Assembly: GCA_002299465.1 (NCBI GenBank)
Contig: DBNX01000026.1
Coordinates: 1 to 40,525 of the forward strand
Reading direction: 5' to 3'
Source: Patescibacteria group bacterium UBA661
GTDB taxonomy: Bacteria > Patescibacteriota > Minisyncoccia > Phycocordibacterales > UBA918
Length of the DNA stretch: 40,525 nucleotides
Below, one piece after another: positions 28,133 through 38,300 of this stretch. The notes beneath the pieces were generated by a model. That model was not told the DNA's origin. It saw nothing but the letters and a program-made list of their open reading frames with translations, and searched no databases. Numbering within the stretch: the stretch's first letter is position 1; each line of letters begins with the position of its first letter. Position numbers and translations under genes: made by a program.

Positions 28133-29341
28133 TTATTCGTAACGAATAGCATCGAGTGGGTTGAGAGTGGAAGCTCGCCGAGCTGGGAACACTCCCGTCA
28201 GATAACCAACCGCTGCCGAAAATAGAGCAATGAAAAGTAAGAAAGTTAGAGGAAAGGAAAATAAATTAACGGCTTGTCCGCCAAATTGGCCGGCGACGAA
28301 ATTCAAAAATATGTTTATGGTGACACCGAAAATCACACCCATTAAGATACCGCTTAAACCACCTAGAAATCCTACCACGATTGATTCCGAGATAAATAAA
28401 TTTTTCACGTCCTTGGGAGAAGCGCCAATCGTGCGCATAATACCAATCTCTTTAGTGCGTTCTAGCAGCGTCACTGTCATCGTGTTAAACATACCGATAG
28501 CTGACACAATCAAAGCAATTCCGCCAAAAGTAGCCAGCACTATCTGTATTCCTTGGAAAATTTGCGAAGCTTGCTCAACGGTTTTCGATAGAGCGGTTAC
28601 CCGATAACCCATCTCAATTAATTCTGCCTCAACCACTGGCAAGCTTTCGTTGCTATCGACACGGACTTGAATACGCTCATACTCTTCGATGCCAACATGG
28701 CTACGAAGCTCTGGCAACATCATTAGCGCATTGAGGACACCCTCCTCTTTAGTGATACCTCTCACTATGTATTCTTTAGCAATCGGCACTTCGTCCACTT
28801 GTCCAGGAACAGCGGTGCTTGGTATTAAAAGTCTAAAAGAGACACGCTCACCCACAAAAGAAGCCGGGTCCTCAATCCCGAAAAGTTTCAATACCGCCGG
28901 CGAAAGCATAATTGAACTAGTATCGCCAGCATCCACATCAGTAAAGACCTGCCCATAGGAAGAGGTTATACCAGCGTAACGCAAATAAGGTGGTTCAACC
29001 GCCTGGATAAAAACGTTACCGGTTAATCCTTTGTAAGTAATCAAACCTGGTAGGCGAGCCATTGGCGCGGCATCAAGCACTCCCGGAATCTCTTCAAACT
29101 GATCAATAGTTTCCGTTGTTAGGTTCAGATTTTGTGCCCCAGTCGCAGACACACCAAGCGAAAGTAGAGTCTCACCAAAAACAATTTGCTCCAAAATGAT
29201 TTTTTGCAAACCAAAACCCAAACCCACCAACACCACTACTGCCCCCGTTCCCACCCCCATACCCAAAATAGTCAACCACGTGCGCAGGGGGTTGGTCTTG
29301 AACATGCGGGTAGAAAGCTGAGCGAGATCTTGAATTCGCAT
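28133..29341 (-). CDS. MacB/FtsX-family ABC transporter permease
   Basis: RTWLTILGMGVG, IGMFNTMTVTLLERTKEIGIMRTIGA, PARRASTLNPLDAIRYE. Confidence 0.93.
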   Translation of the reverse strand: MRIQDLAQLSTRMFKTNPLRTWLTILGMGVGTGAVVVLVGLGFGLQKIILEQIVFGETLLSLGVSATGAQNLNLTTETIDQFEEIPGVLDAAPMARLPGLITYKGLTGNVFIQAVEPPYLRYAGITSSYGQVFTDVDAGDTSSIMLSPAVLKLFGIEDPASFVGERVSFRLLIPSTAVPGQVDEVPIAKEYIVRGITKEEGVLNALMMLPELRSHVGIEEYERIQVRVDSNESLPVVEAELIEMGYRVTALSKTVEQASQIFQGIQIVLATFGGIALIVSAIGMFNTMTVTLLERTKEIGIMRTIGASPKDVKNLFISESIVVGFLGGLSGILMGVIFGVTINIFLNFVAGQFGGQAVNLFSFPLTFLLFIALFSAAVGYLTGVFPARRASTLNPLDAIRYE

Positions 29342-29377
29342 AAATTATTATTTCAATTATCGCACATCACAAGCTCA

Positions 29378-30700
29378 TTAGCTTTTGTAACTCACATCGA
29401 CTCCTTGGGCTATGACTTTTTCAAAGTAGCGCGTCATATCATCAGCTTCGGCTTCGGTGAGACCAAGCCCACCGCTCCGCACACTCTGCATTAATCTTTC
29501 ATTAAATTGATCTTCTTCAATTACACCCGTCACTCGATCGGCAATCATTTCAATCAAGTGTTCGTCTTGTTCTTTGGTCAGTTTAATTCGATAAGAATGC
29601 AATAAATGGTCTCGTAGACGTTCGGCTAAATGGTGTTGGCTGAAAAAGATATTTTGGTTTTCTTTTCGCGCTCGAAAACGCCTAATGTCATCAGCTTGCT
29701 CAATCATCCGCTCGGCGCGGTGTGCCATTTCGCGTGCTGTCTTCTCATCAATTTCCACTCCCCCTTTCTCGTACGGAAGAATTAGTGATTTAATGAAATG
29801 GTCTTTATCAAGCTTGCCACTGATAAATAAGCCGATGGCATGTTCGAGCCGAATGAGTTGTCGGTAAGTAAACTCTTGTGTCAGGTAATTAACCATACTC
29901 TTGACGCGCAACATTTCCACCGAATCATAAGGATAAATTCGCGCTAATTGCTCCAGCTCCGTCACTATCGTCTCCCCTTCCCGCACTGGTTTAATTTGTT
30001 TTCGCTGTGGGTTAACCACCTCACGCACAATCAGTCCGTCTTTTAGGTAGTAGACGCGATGTGCGTAACTTAAGTGTGCCGCGTTATGCGACACCATAAT
30101 GATAGTACGCCTGTCGAAAGTGTTGATTTCGTCAATTTTGTCCATCACTTGTTGGGTGGAGACGGAGTCTAGGTTGCCGGTTGGTTCGTCTGCCAATAAA
30201 ATTTTAGGGTCATTCACCATTGAACGCGATACTGACACGCGTTGCTGTTGCCCCCCAGAAAGCATAGCTGGAATCTTATGAGAAACATGACCCACTCCAA
30301 AACGATCCAATAGGGATTGAGCGCGTCGTTCACGTGTTGTCTTATCAGCGTTACAAAAAATCATTGGTAGCGCTACGTTATCAAGTACTGACAGCGAGGG
30401 AATGAGGTTGAATGACTGGAAAATTATACCCATAACGTAACGCTGGAAGTACACTCGCTCATCCGGCGGATAGGAATAAATATCATCACCACGAATTAAC
30501 AGTGTGCCTGAGCCAGGCGGCAAGGATCCCTGAATGGCGTACATAAGAGTCGATTTGCCAGAACCAGAGGCCCCGAACAAAATTATGTACTCACCTTCAT
30601 AGATGTCGGTATTAACGTTGGAGAGCGCCTTAAATTCGTTAGATTTACCTTTGTTGTAAATTATTGATAAATCCCTGCAGACGATAAGAGGTTTTGCCAT
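29378..30700 (-). CDS. MacB/LolD-family ABC ATP-binding protein with a ~200-aa C-terminal extension
   Basis: Walker A GASGSGKST, IFQSFNLIP, LSGGQQQRV, ILLADEPTGNLD, VSH. Confidence 0.93.
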   Translation of the reverse strand: MAKPLIVCRDLSIIYNKGKSNEFKALSNVNTDIYEGEYIILFGASGSGKSTLMYAIQGSLPPGSGTLLIRGDDIYSYPPDERVYFQRYVMGIIFQSFNLIPSLSVLDNVALPMIFCNADKTTRERRAQSLLDRFGVGHVSHKIPAMLSGGQQQRVSVSRSMVNDPKILLADEPTGNLDSVSTQQVMDKIDEINTFDRRTIIMVSHNAAHLSYAHRVYYLKDGLIVREVVNPQRKQIKPVREGETIVTELEQLARIYPYDSVEMLRVKSMVNYLTQEFTYRQLIRLEHAIGLFISGKLDKDHFIKSLILPYEKGGVEIDEKTAREMAHRAERMIEQADDIRRFRARKENQNIFFSQHHLAERLRDHLLHSYRIKLTKEQDEHLIEMIADRVTGVIEEDQFNERLMQSVRSGGLGLTEAEADDMTRYFEKVIAQGVDVSYKS

Positions 30701-30750
30701 ATTGTCTATTATGTCTTAGTTTGGAGAGCAACACATCTTTTCTATCCCCA

Positions 30751-32286
30751 CTAACCGCCAATGTTTCTAACCCAACCAAATGTGCTTTGGAAGTTTTCAA
30801 TAATGATGTCGATGATATTTCTTTCTTGAATTGGAGTGAACAACACGAAATCTTCAGAGCGAATACTGTTCCCAGCTTCATCCGTACAATTCAGCCAAAA
30901 TTGATAGACCGTGGCGGGCGAAAAATCCACAATCACCTCTACGTGTTTGGTGTTATATTCAACCACTTCCCTTTCTAGCACAACTGGATCAGCTCCCACC
31001 GCCACCCCCTCTCGATAGCTCATTACACAGGAAGCTGATTCATCAGTAACCCACTCTACAATGGTCTGAATCCGTGACTCACTCCCTGGAAAAATAGTTG
31101 ATTCGTTAGTGACATTCGAAATAATCGGTGGAGCAATATCACGTACGGTGATGAACTGAATAGGTTGACTACGCACTCTGTCTCCGCCTGAATTTTCAGA
31201 AATAACAAACGCTACATAACGGGTCCCTAGGGTTAAATCCGCCAACCGCATCTGGTGTGAGGTGGCGAGAGTGGGTCGCCCCACAGAACTCTGAATGCCT
31301 GTGGTTTGATCTTGGTACTCAACTAAAGCCCGCGCCGGTACAGTTGTATCCCAGGCTAACGTAGCGGCATTTTCTTCCACTTTCAAAACTCGTAAATTAC
31401 GAATCTCTGGTAATAAGGCCCGGGTCTTAAAAGTGAAAACCCGACTCTCTCCAGTAATATTAAAAGTGTCAGTGGAGATTACTTTAAAGCTATACTCGGT
31501 AAAAGACTCCAGTCCAATCAAGCGAATCTCATGTTCAGTTGTCATTCCTAGAGTAGAAACTTGTGAATAAGCAAAATTTGTACCATCAAAGCCATTGGTT
31601 GGCGAAAAACGAACTTCCGATGAGGACTCGCGGTCGGTGGTCCAGCGCACAATGGCGGTGGTGGTTTCAGGAACCACCGTGGGTGGTCCGACAATGGTTA
31701 AATCTTCGGTGATACCTTGGATTGATTTAACAACCTCGTTGACAATTTCTTGTAATTTATTAGGGTCGGTTATTTCGTTGATTTGTTCAACGATTTCTTG
31801 CACGGTAGGCGAAGACGGAGCGATGGTTGGTGTATCAGCCCCATCCGCTACGAACGCTGGTTCGTTGCCAACATCAACTCCATCGCCCCGTTGCTGAGAA
31901 TCAGAGAGTTGCACCTTGTAATCAGCCGAGATTCCTTGGTTACCACTGCGGTCGGCGGAAATTACTCGAAAAAAGTAAGTCCGACCAGCCTCTAAGTTTT
32001 CTAGGGTAACGGAATGGACGCGCCTTTCTGGCACTGGTATTCTTACAATTCCTAAATCCGGCTGCAATCCATAATTAACCAAAGTATCAGCGTCTTCATT
32101 GGTCTCCCAAGTAATCGTGACACTCCGGTCGGTAACTTCCTTAATCTCAACATTTGATATTTGGGGCGGAACACTATCGGCAGTTTGACTAAAAACCTGC
32201 TGAGCCAAACCCACTCCTAATGCCGAAACAACAAAAGCTACCAGCAGAGAAATTATCAGTATTAATCGTGTATAGGGCTTACTCAT
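30751..32286 (-). CDS. Exported fibronectin type III repeat protein (4 FN3-like domains)
   Basis: VTITWETNEDADTLVNYG, IVRWTTDRESSSEV, TLAWDTTVPA, IVEWVTDESAS. Start placed at ATG 32286 to avoid overlap with the upstream stop. Confidence 0.85.
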   Translation of the reverse strand: MSKPYTRLILIISLLVAFVVSALGVGLAQQVFSQTADSVPPQISNVEIKEVTDRSVTITWETNEDADTLVNYGLQPDLGIVRIPVPERRVHSVTLENLEAGRTYFFRVISADRSGNQGISADYKVQLSDSQQRGDGVDVGNEPAFVADGADTPTIAPSSPTVQEIVEQINEITDPNKLQEIVNEVVKSIQGITEDLTIVGPPTVVPETTTAIVRWTTDRESSSEVRFSPTNGFDGTNFAYSQVSTLGMTTEHEIRLIGLESFTEYSFKVISTDTFNITGESRVFTFKTRALLPEIRNLRVLKVEENAATLAWDTTVPARALVEYQDQTTGIQSSVGRPTLATSHQMRLADLTLGTRYVAFVISENSGGDRVRSQPIQFITVRDIAPPIISNVTNESTIFPGSESRIQTIVEWVTDESASCVMSYREGVAVGADPVVLEREVVEYNTKHVEVIVDFSPATVYQFWLNCTDEAGNSIRSEDFVLFTPIQERNIIDIIIENFQSTFGWVRNIGG

Positions 32287-32302
32287 CTTAAAAATCATAC
32301 CA

Positions 32303-35300
32303 TTAATTAACACCGATTGGCGTAAAGATATTCATACCCGTATGCGGCGCGCTGTTGGTACCAAACGGAACGGCAATTCCCCAGAACACACTAGTCGCTA
32401 CTGGTGGTGTGGCGGTGTTTGGTTTGCCTAGATTTATATCTAGGATTACCGGAGTGCTTGATGATAATTGCTGACAGGTAACGCAAGCGCCGTACGTGAA
32501 GGTGCTCGTAGCGACTTTTTGTTGCGAAGCTGGAATTATGGAGGAAATACCGTCTGACAAATCAGTGGCTTGGACATCAATATTGACTGGCACGTTACCA
32601 AGATTAACGATGGTGGTAGAGGCGTTGGTGGAGCCGGTGTTGGTGTTGGCCTCCAGGGCACCGTAGTTAATTAAAGCGTCCACGGTAATAGCGCGCAAAG
32701 TCATTAGTTCTACGCCCGGAGCCGAAGCAAAATCGTAACCATTAGCAGCGTCCTCTACTTCGACATAAGCCAGCCACTCTTGACCATCAAACGCCCCGCT
32801 GTCAGTTGGCTCAGCGAAGAATTTTACACCCGCGGCACAACGTAGAGTACAGCTATTACCAGAGCAGTTAGTAAAAGTACAACCGCCGTTAGTGGTAGAT
32901 AGTTTGTAGCAGTTGTTATCATTGGGGGTACAAGCCGGACCCACTCCACTACGATAGATGGTGGCAGTGGCGTGAGTGATATCACCAAAACCATTTAAGT
33001 CCGTAACTGTGGATGAAGCAATAACTATTGTGGTGGTACCCGGCATTAAACTAATGTTAATACCGTTATTCAATGTTACTGGTCCGAAACTAGGATCAAA
33101 TTGCAAACCAAGCTCGGCGACTTCTCCGTAAAAATCAAGTGGTGTGCCGGCGTTGGTGACACGGAAACAGTATGAATCAGAAGCGTTAACAGTCGGCACA
33201 ATCGCATACTCGACTTCGGTGTAGTAATTTTGACTGATATCAATTGCTCCCGTCTGATTGCTTGGACTGGTCACTAATCTACCAGCCGTAAAAGTGCCTC
33301 TTGTGGCAGTGAGTAAATCAGTCGTCGAAAGACCGTTACTGACAACACTAGAAGTCGCCATACAAATTGGTGATGAATCACAACTAGCCTGATTCGGTAC
33401 TGGTAGGTACGCAGCACTAGCTACTGACTCACAAGTGGCCACTGAACCTCTGGGGGCAAACTCTAAACGAAATTGTTGTCCAGTGATTCCAAGACCAGAG
33501 TTTTCAATCGCAAATCGCACCCTAACAACATTATTGGGGATAGAATTACCAGCTGCGTTCTGAGCAGAAAGCCACGAAGCTCCGCCTGGAGTCTGCTCGG
33601 CACCAAAGAAAATGGTCGGCCTAGTGGCAACTCGAGCGCGCGCGGTTATGCTATCCCAGGCGCCAATTTGATACCAATAAGCAAAACCATACCCACCACT
33701 AGTGTAGCTACTATCAACCGCCGAAGTTGTTGCTACTAATGTTCCAGCACTGTTAAAGAGTGATACAAAAATCGTATTGTCGGTGCGCCAATCAATTTCT
33801 ACTTCGTACCAACCAGTACTGTAGGTAACAGTAGTCGTGGCTAACACCACACCAGAAACGTCATTGTTTTCAACGTTTCTGGCTAGTGAAATACGGTCTA
33901 CACCGAAACGCTCCAAACACACCGCGTAATTTTGGTTGGTTGTACCTGGTGACTGCACGGCAAAGAGAAAACAAGGTTCGTCGTTATTTCCAGATGCACC
34001 AGCGTCAACATATTGCATGTAACGAATGATATTGCCTTGAGCTATTGTTTGGTCAAATCTGAACATACCATCGGTAGTTCTGCCGGTCACTGGATTGGCA
34101 CCGAGCGCGCGCGTGCCGCCAAATACTGGACTGGTAACAGTTCGGAAGAGTGTTGTGTCACCACTGTACTCAGACAGTGAATTATCCTCAAAGTCATCAA
34201 AGGCTACAAACGTCGTCGTGCCACTCCCCGCAGCTACGGCTGAATTATTTCCGTAGTACATAAAGACAGTGGCGTAACCGCTTGCTGGTAAGCTCGGCAC
34301 TCTCACCCAAACCTGAGCTTCAGTACTCGCGGTATACCGCTCAATCCAGAATGGTATTTCGGTCAGACCATTATCCGAGGTAAAGCGTAGATCCTCAAAA
34401 TCCGGCTGCATGGTGTTTTCATAATTAACGATGATTTTGACAGCGGTGCTGGCATAAGCCTGATTATCATTGTTAAGGATGCGAACCCGCTTACGCTGTC
34501 CCCAACTCAAGTTGTACCACTCACTATTTACAACTCCCACCCCACCATCATTATTACGCCACCTAAATTGAGTCTGTTCCGTCAGGAGACATGAACTGTT
34601 ATCAAAACGGATAGAACCACAAGCATCTATACCGTCAATATCAAAACCTTCACCATTAAGCGTACCGAAGCTGTTGGTAAAGCGCCAAGCGTTGATGGTC
34701 GTACCTACCAACTCCACGTTAAAGCCAGACAATGAGCCGGTGGCATTAAAGCCAACATTATCGAAAATCATTGAGGGATTGGCGTTTAGTGTGGTCGAAG
34801 AGAGAGTGATCAGTGAGCCGGTATTAACCGCTAATTCATATCGACCGTTAGCCAAATCAGCAATCGTAGACAGTCCTAGCAACTGCAGACCGTCAATCGC
34901 CATATCCCTAAATTGGTAACGATTGGCGTTTAGAGTTCCGCCCGCGATAATTAAATTATAAGTACCGGTGCCGTTGTTTCTGATAACGGTGTCATTACCA
35001 ACACCACCCAAGATATTAAGGGTGCCAGAAATTACGGTGGTGGTTGAATTGGGGGTGAACTCAACTGTCACTACGCGCTCACTACCCACGATGGAAGTGC
35101 CGTCAAAATCAGTCGCAAAGCTCCAGTGTTCAGTCGATGTCGCTAAAGTAAGATTGCCTTGAATTTGTAGTCGTCCGTTAATGTTGTTGTGGTCTTGGGA
35201 ATAAAGAGAGCTATTTGTTGCTACGGTAGTAGTGGCGGCGGCACTGTACCAAGAACGCACCGCCGCTCCAGGACCAATTTCGAGAGTACCATAAAGATCA

Positions 35301-38300
35301 CCATTGTTAGTGCGAGTGTTTATGCTGTAAACTAAGGGCGCCAACAAACGCAGGGTAGTGTTGGTCCAGGTAGTAGCGGCCCCGCCCACAGAATTAGTAA
35401 ACACACCACCCACAGTCACTACCGCCCCCGGGTTCACAGTCAAACTATTAACGCTGGCAATCGTAAAGTTGTTGGTGGTAGTAGCGCTAAAGAGCGTATA
35501 ACCACCGCTCGGGGCACCGATTTGTAAATTATTAAAGGCATTGTTGCCGGGATTGATAGTCCGTCCCCCAGCTGGTGCATTGAGTAAAACTGTACCCGAA
35601 GCGTGCGTAAACGATCCACCAGTGGCAGTGAACGAACCGCCGACCGCCAGTGTACCGGTGCCAATGAGAACACTTCCCGACTCCACGGCGAAGCTATCCA
35701 ATAAAGTGAGGTTATTATCTTGTAAAGTGTAAACACCACCGCCCACAAAGCGAATCGTATGCAAATCAGAAGAGCTCGCTAAGATAGTCGCCGTAGTAGT
35801 CGCTCGCATAATCAAATCCGAAGTGTTGTGAGTAATTGCGCCCCCGACGTTACGGAAATTGCCCGCTACACTGATTGCTCCGCTCGGAAGCGAAACGGTA
35901 CCGCGACTAATTGTCACTGAACCACTTGAGGTGGCATTCGTGTCAGTCATATTCCAACTACCAGCTCCGTTAAAAGTCAGTGTGCCAACCGTCGCCCCAT
36001 TAAAGCGAATGGTGTTACCTGTGCTGGTGGCTGTAAAGACAAATGGTGTAGTGGTAGCGTTAAGCGAACCGCCATTGACAGCAAACGCGGCAGCGGCCGT
36101 AGTAGTACCAGCAGGCAAAGTCATCGTGCCGGCACTTTGTGTGTACGAACCAGTCAGAGTTAGAGTTGGGTCGGTGACACTCCAGCTACCAGCACCAGTT
36201 ACTGTGAGGTTGTGTAAATTATCAGAGTTCACATCAACCGTACGAGTAGCACCAGTGGTGGTCAAGGTGACAGTAGAGCTAGCGGCAACAAATTGTGCGC
36301 CAGTACCAAAAATAAAGCTACCACCAATCGTATGGGTTTGTGTGCCAGCGGCTCTAAAGACCGCGTTACTTTGTGCTTCAAAAGTACCATCGTGCGGAGC
36401 CCCTGCTCCCCCGCCACTTACCGTCACATTCCCGCCCGGCGCAAAAGTCTTCGCGTTCCAAACTATTAATTTTGTATTGGCTGGTAAAGTCAAAGTATCG
36501 GGTGCGCCATTAACCGCTGTAAAAGGAATGTCGGAATCGTTGTCACTGTCCCAGACACCCATATTATCTATGGTAATCGGATCAATGTTTTCATGTCTCA
36601 CAATCACTCGATTTTCATACAAATGCATATTACTGATGGAAGAAATTGGGGCCATTGTTACGTTGACCGCCCTTTGGGTTTGACCATTTATGAAAAGTGT
36701 CAAAGTATCAAGCGGACTGAAAGCGACGTTACTGATGCTGTAAGCACCAGTAGTTGGATTACAAGTAGTGTTGTAGGTAGTAAGACCAGCCACTACCAAA
36801 CGAATGTTAGGAGTTATGCCGTCACAAACCGTAGAGACCGTTGTCCCCTCATCACTGTAAACATTCCCCGAGACAGTGATTAAAGCCGCTGAATCGTCCC
36901 AAACAATGTACCCAGGATCACCAGCCGGATCGCTATCGTGCGCTTCGCCAGCTAAATTACCAGTATGATTAGTAAACCGCCAAGAGCTTACCGCTGTACC
37001 CGTGGCTGTTACGTTTCTCGGATTGGTGACACCGCCACTTTGAGCGAAGCGGTTGCCGGTAAAATTCCTCGCCTGATTTTGGTTTATAACCGAACCAAAG
37101 ACCGTGATGGCCGTGCCGTTATTTATATTGACCAGATGATCAGTGTTGTTAAATGACGTGACTGTCGGAGTGCCCGAAAAGACAATTCCCGAAAGATTGG
37201 TGTCGCGGACAATCACTCGATCCCACTCGGTACTAGCGGTACCGCCGATAGTGATGGCGTAGGTGCCAGCCCCCTGATTTTGAATGGTTGTACTGGCGGT
37301 GCTGGTACCCAACACCGACAATGAACCGCCCAACCAAGTAGCGCTAGCGCCATTAGCAAAGTAAACATTAGCCCGACGTTCATTGCCGCCAGTTAAATCA
37401 GAACCATCAAAATCAGTGGCGAAACTCCAGTAATCATCACCAGTGGTCCTGACTAATTGACCAAATATGTACAAATCACCATTAACGCCTTGGTGGTCCT
37501 GAGAATATAAAGATCCGCCCGTCTGAACATTTATAGAGTTTACCGTGGTATTCCAAACACGTGCCTGTGTACCACTAGCAATGACCAAGGAAGCGTATTG
37601 TTCGCTAGTAGCCGAATCATTTAATGTGTAAGTGCCAACTCCAAACAAAGACAATGTCGAGCCAGTAAAGGTGGTATTAGCACCCGCGATATTATTGAGA
37701 AATCCACCACCCACCGCCAAGGTTTGTCCACTGCCAACAGTGAAATTATTGTGATTGATGAGTCGCCACGCCGCTGTCGCGGTAGCGTTTTCCAGAACCG
37801 TAGCATTTCCCACCTTGTCGATATCAACGTTAGCAAAGGCGGAATTACCAGCCCTGATGTTGGTTGGGCTAGTGCCGATAAATCTTACCATTCCATTGTT
37901 GGCAGTGAACACACCCCGGTTTGTAAAGTCACCTCGCACTAAGAGATTTGCACTATTACTAGCCAGCAACGTGCCGTTATTCACCACCTCCAAATTACCC
38001 TGCACTTCCGTGAGAACATCGTTGGTATTCAAATCAAAAGTTGAGCTAGCTGTCCCGCCCACAGTGAGATTGTTTAAGACCAAAATACCAGCTCCTTGGG
38101 CAGTGTAAGTTTGGTTACCAGTCCCTGACTCTAATTGCAAATTGAAATAAGTGGTGGACAAAACATTAGCACCGGCTCCGCTGTATCTAATCGTGCTAGC
38201 GCCTTCGAGTAAAGTGCCAGTTTCAACCAAGACCGTGCCCACTCCCGCCAAATCCCAGACCGAGCTTACAGCATTTAAGAAGTGGGCATTGGCAATGGTG

